Made by a program: the position numbers and the translations under genes. Shown here one piece after another: positions 9,727 to 17,473 of a stretch of DNA of 64,000 bases (position 1 is the first letter of the stretch; each line of letters opens with the position of its first letter). The notes beneath the pieces were generated by a model. That model did not search any database, was not told where the DNA came from, and worked only from the letters and a program-made list of their open reading frames with translations. The stretch covers positions 5,464-69,463 of the forward strand of contig JBLKOQ010000002.1 of the NCBI GenBank assembly GCA_047602885.1. Reading direction: 5' to 3'. The stretch comes from Candidatus Woesearchaeota archaeon. GTDB lineage: Archaea > Nanobdellota > Nanobdellia > Woesearchaeales > WAPJ01.

Positions 9727-10317
9727 TTAGTTGTTCTTCTTGGCCCTGTGCCTGCCTCTCATGGACATTTTATTAAGCCTTTCTGTGAACAACTCTTTTT
9801 CTTTAGGTTCTAGCAATGACAAGTACTCTTTAATTAGAGCATCAGAATAGCCTTCTATCATTATGAAAGTCTCTCTAGTCATCCACAGGTCATTAGCCTT
9901 GTCTTCTATCCTGTGGCTTGACATTGACAGTCCATAGTCTATAATCCGTGTTTTATCATTGCCTATTATTATGTTTCTTGGTGTAATGTCTCCGTGCACA
10001 ATGTTCTTTTTGTGCATTTCTCTTATAATTAGTGCGATGCCCCTTGCAGATTCTTTTATGCTTATCCTGTTCCATGCTTTGCTTAGAGGCTCTCCCATAA
10101 TCCTTTCTGTAGTAATAGAATATTTTGTTGAGTCCAATAGTCTTGGGATTCCTTTTATTCCTTCCAGTCTTCTTATTATTGCAGCTTCATTCCTTGTTCT
10201 TTTCTTCCTAATATTATCGTCTAATGTCTCGTTTCTATATCGTTTAGGAAGCCTCTCTTTTATTACTGCATTATCGGTTATAGTGACTCTTGCTTCAGCG
10301 CCTATTATTATTGTCAT
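9727..10317 (-). CDS. bud32: KEOPS kinase Bud32
   Basis: GAEA, KERLPKRYR, VHGDITPRNI, IDYGL and terminal RGR. The ORF-track extension runs through tRNA-Ser and is spurious. Confidence 0.93.
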   Translation of the reverse strand: MTIIIGAEARVTITDNAVIKERLPKRYRNETLDDNIRKKRTRNEAAIIRRLEGIKGIPRLLDSTKYSITTERIMGEPLSKAWNRISIKESARGIALIIREMHKKNIVHGDITPRNIIIGNDKTRIIDYGLSMSSHRIEDKANDLWMTRETFIMIEGYSDALIKEYLSLLEPKEKELFTERLNKMSMRGRHRAKKNN

Positions 10318-10355
10318 AAGATTCAGAATGTATGTTGCTTTTTTTATTTTTTCTA

Positions 10356-10438
10356 CGCCGAGGCTGGGATTTGAACCCAGAATCCCATAAGGGACAAGCT
10401 TTCCAGGCTTGCGCAATACCAGGTTATGCGACCTCGGC
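10356..10438 (-). tRNA. tRNA-Ser(GGA)
   Basis: Cloverleaf with a long variable arm and anticodon arm CAAGC-CTGGAAA-GCTTG. Confidence 0.97.
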
Positions 10439-10441
10439 ACA

Positions 10442-10565
10442 TGCCGGCGACGGGATCTGAACCCGCGACCTCCAGATTACCAAGAGTTCAGTCATCACTA
10501 CGATAGTAGTTCCTCACTCATTCTCTTATGAGTCTGGCGCTCTAACCAGGCTGAGCTACGCCGGC
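10442..10565 (-). tRNA. tRNA-Met(CAT), elongator type, with a 49-nt intron at 37/38 (10478..10526)
   Basis: CCAGA-CTCATA-[intron]-A-TCTGG with a relaxed bulge-helix-bulge (CTCA/TTGG, TAA bulges). The acceptor stem GCCGGCG is typical of elongator Met. Confidence 0.93.
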
Positions 10566-10629
10566 TTATAGTATTAAGACGATACCTTTCTTTTATAAAA
10601 CTATTCCAGACGATGATGTTAACACGTGA

Positions 10630-11043
10630 TTATCTTATCCTTTCTTTTATCCTATTTTTGTATTGTTCCATCTCTTCATTGGTAGGATATGGGTTTCCTG
10701 ACCAGTGCTCAAAACCGTCCCCTTCTATTCTTGGTATTATATGGCAGTGTACGTGAAATACTGCTTGTCCTGCCGGCTTGCCAGTATTGAATATTAGGTT
10801 GTATCCTTCGCATCCTGTACTCTCCTGTACGGCTCTTCCTATCTTTTTTATTATGTTCATATAGCTTGCATTGAAGCTGTCTGGAAGCTCGTTGATATTA
10901 GCATAATGTTTTTTTGGTATAACCAGCGTGTGGCCTTTGTTTACTGGATTAATGTCAAGGAATGCTATGTATTCCCTGTCCTCATATATTATTGCACTAG
11001 GAATTTCTTTTGCTATTATCTTGCAGAATATGCAGTCTTTCAT
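10630..11043 (-). CDS. HIT family nucleotide hydrolase
   Basis: DCIFCKII, GHTLVIPK and HVHCHIIPR. Confidence 0.96.
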   Translation of the reverse strand: MKDCIFCKIIAKEIPSAIIYEDREYIAFLDINPVNKGHTLVIPKKHYANINELPDSFNASYMNIIKKIGRAVQESTGCEGYNLIFNTGKPAGQAVFHVHCHIIPRIEGDGFEHWSGNPYPTNEEMEQYKNRIKERIR

Positions 11044-11267
11044 AATACCACCCTAATCATATTATATCATTATCTTTATAAATGGTTCTATTTCACCAAG
11101 CAGGTTACGAAACACATATAAGTACTTGTAACTCACTAGTGATGACATATGGATGATGAGAGTGAAGGCCATGAAAAGGATAAGCATATTGAGATACTAT
11201 TGTGCCGACCACTTAATAGTCCATGCTATGCTATTGGTTCATGATACTGTCCTTATAGGGTGGTCTC

Positions 11268-12434
11268 ATGAATAGACGAGATTTTCTTATAAAGTCAGGA
11301 AAGGCTTTGATTGCTCTTAGCATGGGCAGAGCGCTTTCCAGTCCTCATAGCAGCCTTTTTACTTGGCCTGACCAGGATGAAGTTGCAGGTACATTATATG
11401 GGCCTAGCAGAAAACCACCAACTATTGAGGATATTGTTAATGGGGGCAGCGAGTCCCGAAGAGAGCTTATGGATAAGCTGACAGACGGCCCTACCCTAAT
11501 GAGACACGCTACTAATCTTCGTGCTAATTATATCAGAGCGCATGCTGATTATATTAATGAGGAAAGAGAAAAGAATCCTGGCAAATGGCTTCCCCAATAC
11601 AATATTCTGCAAGGGGACATTGATGAGATAGACCTCACTCTCGAAAGGCTTGACAGAATGGGATTGACTGACTTTATGAAAGGAACAAGCATTAAGACTG
11701 CTATCGACCCCGACTTCTATCTCGCTAAGATTAGCACTGAAAGTGTAGGAGACCCTTATGCTTTGTCTCACGCTGGAGCTATAGGAATATCACAAATGCT
11801 TGCAGGCACGTATAATGATATGAGAAGGCATACTAATGGTATGATAAGGAATATTCGTGAGCAGTATCCTCAAGAGACTCTTGACTATCTATTGGAAAGG
11901 CCGTTAAGAGACTTATTGCTTGTTGATTCTAAAATGCTAGAATCTATGGGTGTGCCGATGGACTATGATAAGAGGTACATTAAAGATGTGAAGGAATATG
12001 TCGATATATGGATGCCATATTCAATTATTGCTATGAAAGAATATGGAGCTTTTCCAGGTGGCAGCATGCATCCTTATGACGCGCTAGTAAACCCTTCTGT
12101 AGGTCTTGAGGCTGGAGCTCTTACAGCGCTTAACTTCTGGCTTACTACATACAGTGCTACTAAGGACAGGAATCTTGTAATATCATCTTATGATCCTGGG
12201 CATGCTCTAGCCAGGCCTTCTTTCCCACTAGTTCCTCAAGCTCCCGCGTCAGCGTATATTAGGGGGCAGAATGGCGCTAGCAATACTATGAGCAGGATTG
12301 TAGAGAATGCTGTTGAGCCTTATACTATACTTGAAGGCATGAAACTCTTTGATGATGAGAATACTTTTAGCGGGAATTTATATTCTTCTGAGCTTATGAG
12401 AAAGACCGAATATTTAAAAAGAGTCCAGTCCTGA
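11268..12434 (+). CDS. Secreted SLT-domain (lytic transglycosylase-like) protein with twin-arginine signal
   Basis: N-terminal MNRRDFL, catalytic-type STES motif, SHAGAIGISQML (GxxQ) and LVNPSVGLEAGA. Confidence 0.8.
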   Translation: MNRRDFLIKSGKALIALSMGRALSSPHSSLFTWPDQDEVAGTLYGPSRKPPTIEDIVNGGSESRRELMDKLTDGPTLMRHATNLRANYIRAHADYINEEREKNPGKWLPQYNILQGDIDEIDLTLERLDRMGLTDFMKGTSIKTAIDPDFYLAKISTESVGDPYALSHAGAIGISQMLAGTYNDMRRHTNGMIRNIREQYPQETLDYLLERPLRDLLLVDSKMLESMGVPMDYDKRYIKDVKEYVDIWMPYSIIAMKEYGAFPGGSMHPYDALVNPSVGLEAGALTALNFWLTTYSATKDRNLVISSYDPGHALARPSFPLVPQAPASAYIRGQNGASNTMSRIVENAVEPYTILEGMKLFDDENTFSGNLYSSELMRKTEYLKRVQS

Positions 12435-12446
12435 CTATTTTATTGT

Positions 12447-12520
12447 GGGCTGGTAGTTCAATCCGGTAGAACGCGCCGCTGGCAGCGGTGAGGCTCCGGG
12501 TTCAAATCCCGGCCAGTCCA
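12447..12520 (+). tRNA. tRNA-Ala(GGC)
   Basis: Cloverleaf with anticodon arm CGCCG-CTGGCAG-CGGTG and a G3:U70 pair. Confidence 0.96.
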
Positions 12521-12674
12521 TATTATTCTATTATAATAAGATTTGAACGAAGTTGCTCGGAGCATACTGCTTCGGATTTTCGATTCTTTGCATCATACAA
12601 AAAATATATAAAACAATGCCACTTAGGATTATCAATAATACGAGTTAGCATTATTATTGTTGGAGGTTATGATT

Positions 12675-13253
12675 ATGCCTGCGAAAAAAAAGACTATGGC
12701 TAAGAAGAGCGCTGTAAAGAAAACGCCTGTTAAGACTAAGAAGACTGCCAGTGCTAAAAGCAGTGTTAAGAAGAGCCCTGCTAAAGGAACTGCTGCGTCC
12801 AGACCAACTGCTAAGAGAAGCGGTGTCAGAAAAGTTAAGAAGGTTAATAAGAGCAGAGCTGTTAAGGCTCCTGTAAATAAGCAAGAAACAAAAGATAGCA
12901 TTCCACTACATACTCCTAAAAAGCATAGGGTTAGTGATGATGAACTAGGATTAAGACTGCTTGCAGCTCTTAGTTATTGCTTGTTCCTAATACTAATACC
13001 TTTGTTTGCTAAGAGAGAGAATGTATTTGTCAACTGGCATATTAGGCAGGGCATGATAATGCTAATAGTCACTGCGCTAATTATTGTTGCTATACCTTTC
13101 ATTAGCGTACTGCCTGTGATAGGCCCTCTGATAGTGTATGGCTTATTGTTCTTGTGGATGGCACTATTCATATGGGCTATAGTAAGCACTCTGCTAGGCC
13201 ACCAATGGAAGTTCCCATTACTGGGCAATATGGTGAGTAAGACTAAGCTATAA
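12675..13253 (+). CDS. DUF4870-like membrane protein with a Lys-rich, histone H1-like N-terminal tail
   Basis: About 80 aa K/A/T/P-rich tail, then LAALSY...FVNWHIRQG...KFPLLG. Confidence 0.8.
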   Translation: MPAKKKTMAKKSAVKKTPVKTKKTASAKSSVKKSPAKGTAASRPTAKRSGVRKVKKVNKSRAVKAPVNKQETKDSIPLHTPKKHRVSDDELGLRLLAALSYCLFLILIPLFAKRENVFVNWHIRQGMIMLIVTALIIVAIPFISVLPVIGPLIVYGLLFLWMALFIWAIVSTLLGHQWKFPLLGNMVSKTKL

Positions 13254-13287
13254 TAACAATATGCTTTATAAGTAATGGCTTATTACA

Positions 13288-13629
13288 TTGATTATGGCTT
13301 TTGAACCTATAGTAGAGTCTGACAATAATGATATAGCATTAAAGGTAAAGGATGCTTTGATGATGGTAGAGGATCCTGAACTTCATATTGATGTATGGAC
13401 TTTAGAGCTGATAAGAAAAGTGGTTATAGAAAAGAATAATGTTAATGTTATCATGACTTTGACTACTCCTTTCTGCCCTTATGGTCCTAGCCTCATAGAA
13501 GAGATTAAGAATAGCATACTCGTAATAGACAGTGTAGTAAATGTTGATATCAATCTTACTTTTGATGAGCCTTGGAAGCCTTCAGACGATCTCAAGTCTT
13601 ATCTTGGGATACCATCTTATGATGAGTGA
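13288..13629 (+). CDS. Fe-S cluster assembly factor (DUF59/SufT/MIP18 family)
   Basis: VEDPEL, MTLTTPFCP and LTFDEPW. Confidence 0.93.
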   Translation: MIMAFEPIVESDNNDIALKVKDALMMVEDPELHIDVWTLELIRKVVIEKNNVNVIMTLTTPFCPYGPSLIEEIKNSILVIDSVVNVDINLTFDEPWKPSDDLKSYLGIPSYDE

Positions 13630-15305
13630 TTATTATGGATATTAGAGTAAAAGCGTATAACGAAGCATTATACAGCGCATTAAAGTCTAAAGGCAGTGTA
13701 CCGACTAATCGTTTATTGGGGATAATGCTAAAAGAACATCCCGAACTAAAGGATGATATTGCAGGATTAAAAGATATAATTGTAGAGGTATGCAATCAGA
13801 TTAATAACATGTCTGCAGAAGAAGTTTCTAAAGAGGCTGAAGAGAAGGGCATAGTATATGAAGAGAAGCCAAGAGAACGCAAGGGACTAATAGAACTCAA
13901 TATCAATAATGGTTTTAGGACAAGGCTTCCTCCCGAGCCATCCAAGCACTTGCATGTAGGCCATGCTATAGGATTCATGCTAAGCGCATTATATGCAGAA
14001 AAGTATAATGGAAAAATAGTTCTTAGGATAGAGGATACTAATCCCCAGCTTGCAAGACAGGAATATGTAGACAGTATCCTTGATGATATCAATAATTATC
14101 TTGGAATTGGTATTGATAATACTAATTATGCTTCAGACCATATGGAATACTATTATGATAATGCAAGACAACTAATAAGCAATGGGAATGCATACGCATG
14201 CAATTGCAGCAGGGAAGATATGGCTATGATGAGGAATAATGCTACTGAGTGCAAGTGTAGGAATAATACTATAGAAAAAAATACTATAGCTTTTGATGAA
14301 ATGATTGCTGGAAAACATGAGCCTGGCACTATTGTATTAAGGCTTAAAGGAGACATGCAGAGCAAGAACATGGTCATGCGAGACCCAGTATTGTTTAGGA
14401 TTATTAAAGAGCCTCATTATAGGCATGCTACAAAATATAATGTCTGGCCAGTATATGATTATGAGAACAGTCTCATGGACTCTTACGAAGAAATAACCCA
14501 TATTCTTAGGAGCAACGAGTTTGGTGACATGAGAATAGAACTCCAAAACCATATTAGAGAATTGCTTAATATGAGACAGCCAGAGTCCATACAGTACGGC
14601 AGGTTCTCTGTAGAAGGAGCAACTACTAAGGGTAGAGAGATTAGAGAATCGATATCTAAAGGATTGTATAGCGGCTGGGATGATCCTAGACTTTATACTC
14701 TAAAGGCTCTTAGGAGGAAAGGCATTACTCCTATGGCTATAAGAGAGATTGCTTTGGAAGCAGGCCTCAGCCCTACTCCTACTATTATTGACAAGAAGAT
14801 GATAGCAACGTTCAACAGGCGTATTATAGACTATTCTTCAGATCGGTTTTCTTTCGTATACGATCCTATCAGGATTATTGTAAATGGTCTTGTAAAGAAT
14901 TCTGAGCTTCCATTGCATCCTAAAGACGATGATAGAGGCATGAGAATACTAAGAGTTAACGAAAAGCTATTTATTAGGAAAGAGGATCATAATAATGGTT
15001 ATATCAGGCTAGCTGACCTTGCCAATATTACTATAAAAGATAATGAAGTATTAATTGACAGTTACAGCATAGATGATTATAGGAATAATAATGGTAAGAA
15101 TATTATTAATTGGCTTCCTGACGATAATAAACAGTTGATGAGATGCATGGTATTAATGGATGATGCTACAATAATTGAAGGACTCGTAGAAAAAAATATT
15201 ATGTCTAAGAATGTTGGTGACATGGTACAATTGGAACGTTTTGGCTTTTGCAGGATAGAATCGTTGCATGATGATGAAGCAAGGCTCATATTTGCGCATA
15301 AATAG
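13626..15305 (+). CDS. gltX: Glutamyl-tRNA synthetase
   Basis: RLPPEPSKHLHVGH, LRIEDTNP, GWDDPRL and QLERFGFCRI. Confidence 0.96.
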   Translation: MIIMDIRVKAYNEALYSALKSKGSVPTNRLLGIMLKEHPELKDDIAGLKDIIVEVCNQINNMSAEEVSKEAEEKGIVYEEKPRERKGLIELNINNGFRTRLPPEPSKHLHVGHAIGFMLSALYAEKYNGKIVLRIEDTNPQLARQEYVDSILDDINNYLGIGIDNTNYASDHMEYYYDNARQLISNGNAYACNCSREDMAMMRNNATECKCRNNTIEKNTIAFDEMIAGKHEPGTIVLRLKGDMQSKNMVMRDPVLFRIIKEPHYRHATKYNVWPVYDYENSLMDSYEEITHILRSNEFGDMRIELQNHIRELLNMRQPESIQYGRFSVEGATTKGREIRESISKGLYSGWDDPRLYTLKALRRKGITPMAIREIALEAGLSPTPTIIDKKMIATFNRRIIDYSSDRFSFVYDPIRIIVNGLVKNSELPLHPKDDDRGMRILRVNEKLFIRKEDHNNGYIRLADLANITIKDNEVLIDSYSIDDYRNNNGKNIINWLPDDNKQLMRCMVLMDDATIIEGLVEKNIMSKNVGDMVQLERFGFCRIESLHDDEARLIFAHK

Positions 15306-15320
15306 TAGGAGGTAATATTA

Positions 15321-15500
15321 ATGCAATTAGTGGTTAAAACAAAAATTAAGGATTATATTGATGAGGCTGCAGGCGAGAGGATGAGCGTATCCACAGACTT
15401 TTCTGACGCTCTAAATGAGAGGGTATTATTGTTGGTGCAGCAGGCTATTAAGCGTGCCAAAGGTAACGGACGAAAAACTGTAATGGCTAAAGACATATAG
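15321..15500 (+). CDS. Short histone-fold protein (59 aa), not in ORF track
   Basis: MQLVVKTKIKDYIDEAAGERMSVSTDFSDALNERVLLLVQQAIKRAKGNGRKTVMAKDI with an RKTVxxxD clamp and a GGAGGT Shine-Dalgarno upstream. Confidence 0.9.
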   Translation: MQLVVKTKIKDYIDEAAGERMSVSTDFSDALNERVLLLVQQAIKRAKGNGRKTVMAKDI

Positions 15501-15505
15501 GTGGG

Positions 15506-16012
15506 ATGATGGACAAGAAAGAACTGTTAGTAGAATTAAAAGCTTCTTATGATAAAATAATTAGTGAGCATGGATTGCAGGTATCTTATGAAGAGTACGA
15601 GTCATTGTACGGATTGCAGGATGCTATACTAAAAGAAGGTTACATGCCATATAATCTCACATTATACATTAGTTGGAGGGCCTCAGAATACTTGTATTCA
15701 TGGTACAACTACTTCCATAATATACTAATGCCGCAACCTTCAAGCATACTCCACATGGAAGAATCATCATATGTAAGTGAAGAACACAAGATTGTTTTAA
15801 GGACTGAGATGAGAAAGATTATGGCTGTAGCAAGGAAAGTAAATATTGCTTTAGCGCTAAAAGATAATAGGATGGCAGCAGATGCCATTAACGAGCTTAC
15901 ATTATTGTGGAAAGAGTCTACTAAAGAAATCGCGTTATCAACTCTTAACATGGTTAAGGACGGCTGGTCTAGTGTAGAAGAAGATGATACTCATGCTAGT
16001 TATTCATATTGA
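15506..16012 (+). CDS. Hypothetical protein
   Basis: 168-aa ORF co-oriented directly after the histone gene. Confidence 0.8.
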   Translation: MMDKKELLVELKASYDKIISEHGLQVSYEEYESLYGLQDAILKEGYMPYNLTLYISWRASEYLYSWYNYFHNILMPQPSSILHMEESSYVSEEHKIVLRTEMRKIMAVARKVNIALALKDNRMAADAINELTLLWKESTKEIALSTLNMVKDGWSSVEEDDTHASYSY

Positions 16013-16056
16013 TGCATTACGATACATTTAAGAATAGGTCCTATAATCTTTTCTTT

Positions 16057-16094
16057 GCCTATGACTGATGAGAGCTTTTATGCTCGAATGAGGC
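16057..16094 (+). promoter_or_regulatory. K-turn in the rpl7ae 5' UTR (probable L7Ae autoregulatory site)
   Basis: GCC-TAT-GA...GA-GGC encloses a GAGC/GCTC hairpin, starting about 25 nt after a TTTAAG TATA-like box. Confidence 0.7.
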
Positions 16095-16140
16095 CTGGAT
16101 TATTCTCTAGGCTGATAGTAACGGCGGAGGTTTTGGCAGA

Positions 16141-16455
16141 ATGGCTAATGAAGAACAAGCACTGGAAATTGTAGAACTTGCAAGAAAGACAGGTAAGATT
16201 AAGAAAGGAACTAATGAGGCTACTAAAGCACTCGAGAGGAGCACTGCTCTACTTGTAGTATATGCTAGTGATGCTTCTCCTAAAGAGATTATAATGCACT
16301 TGCCCATACTGGCTAAAGAGAAGGGCATAGCATGCGTAGAAGTCCCTACCAAAGCAGAATTGGGCGCTGCAGCTGGACTAGAGGTTGCTACTGCTGCAAT
16401 AGCAGTACTTGATGCTGGCGAGGCAAAAGATATGATAGCCAAGCTGGAAGAATAG
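16141..16455 (+). CDS. rpl7ae: 50S ribosomal protein L7Ae
   Basis: [16 protein letters not shown] and ELGAAAGL. Confidence 0.97.
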   Translation: MANEEQALEIVELARKTGKIKKGTNEATKALERSTALLVVYASDASPKEIIMHLPILAKEKGIACVEVPTKAELGAAAGLEVATAAIAVLDAGEAKDMIAKLEE

Positions 16456-16465
16456 GTGTTACGTC

Positions 16466-16744
16466 ATGGCAGAACAGAGGACACAAAGAAAGGATAGGGA
16501 TTCACAGTCCCAGCAAAGATCAGGAGTACAATTTACTGACGCTGTACCTGCACGAGTAGAAGAAGTAGTAGGAAGGACAGGCACCAGAGGAGAAGCTACA
16601 CAGGTTAGATGCAAGGTACTTGCAGGAAGGGACCAGAATAAGATATTACGAAGGAATGTCAAAGGCCCTGTAAGGGTAGGGGACATACTAATGCTTAGAG
16701 AAACAGAAATTGAGGCCAGGCAGCTAAGCACTGGCAGGAGATAG
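16466..16744 (+). CDS. rps28e: 30S ribosomal protein eS28
   Basis: [14 protein letters not shown] and [13 protein letters not shown]. Confidence 0.96.
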   Translation: MAEQRTQRKDRDSQSQQRSGVQFTDAVPARVEEVVGRTGTRGEATQVRCKVLAGRDQNKILRRNVKGPVRVGDILMLRETEIEARQLSTGRR

Positions 16745-16746
16745 GG

Positions 16747-16953
16747 GTGCAGATTATGAAATGCTCATTTTCAGGAGAGGAAATCCCCAGGGGTACTGGC
16801 ATAATGTATATTAGCAAAACCGGTAGAGTATACTATTTTAAGAATAGGAAGGCCGAAAAGAATTTCTTGGAACTAAAAAGGAAGCCTAGAAATACGGGTT
16901 GGACTGAAGAGTATCATGCCGAAAAAACTAAGGCTAAGAGTACAAAGAAGTGA
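16747..16953 (+). CDS. rpl24e: 50S ribosomal protein eL24
   Basis: CSFSGEEIPRGTG and KRKPRNTGWT. Confidence 0.95.
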   Translation: MQIMKCSFSGEEIPRGTGIMYISKTGRVYYFKNRKAEKNFLELKRKPRNTGWTEEYHAEKTKAKSTKK

Positions 16954-17459
16954 TGAATATGATACAAAGAACATTGGTAGTATTAAAGCCAGACGCTGTT
17001 AGAAGAGGTATTATAGGAGAAATCATAACAAGGTTTGAGCGTGCAGGACTAAAGATGGTTGGATGCAAAATGCTATTGCCTACAGAAGACCATTATCATC
17101 ACCATTATGAGAATATTGGTAAGATGATTTCTAGAAGAGGCAATAAGGCTTTTGAGGTCACATTGGCCATGATGAAAAAAGGCCCTGTTATCGCCATGGT
17201 CTTAGAAGGTGTAGAAGCAGTATCATTGGTAAGAAAGATGGCAGGAACCACCGAGCCTAAGGCAGCGCCTCCAGGTACTATTAGGGGAGACTATGCGCAT
17301 ATGAGTTTTGCGTATGCCGATTCTAGGGACATGGGAGTTCCTAATATCATACACGCTTCTGGAGATGAAAAAGAGGCTGTGGAAGAAATAAAACATTGGT
17401 TTGAAGAAAAAGAATTGTTTAGTTATAAGTCGGTTCATGACTTGCATGAAATGGAATGA
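16950..17459 (+). CDS. ndk: Nucleoside diphosphate kinase
   Basis: LKPDAV, PGTIRGD and NIIHASG. Confidence 0.97.
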   Translation: MMNMIQRTLVVLKPDAVRRGIIGEIITRFERAGLKMVGCKMLLPTEDHYHHHYENIGKMISRRGNKAFEVTLAMMKKGPVIAMVLEGVEAVSLVRKMAGTTEPKAAPPGTIRGDYAHMSFAYADSRDMGVPNIIHASGDEKEAVEEIKHWFEEKELFSYKSVHDLHEME

Positions 17460-17473
17460 ACGTATGATAAAAA

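Noticed and set aside
11149..11244. 31-aa ORF or C/D-box-like motifs upstream of the SLT gene
   Set aside because: No SD, no recognisable motif and no properly spaced D boxes.
12555..12577. Hairpin CGGAGCA-TAC-TGCTTCG downstream of tRNA-Ala
   Set aside because: Single short copy with no supporting context.
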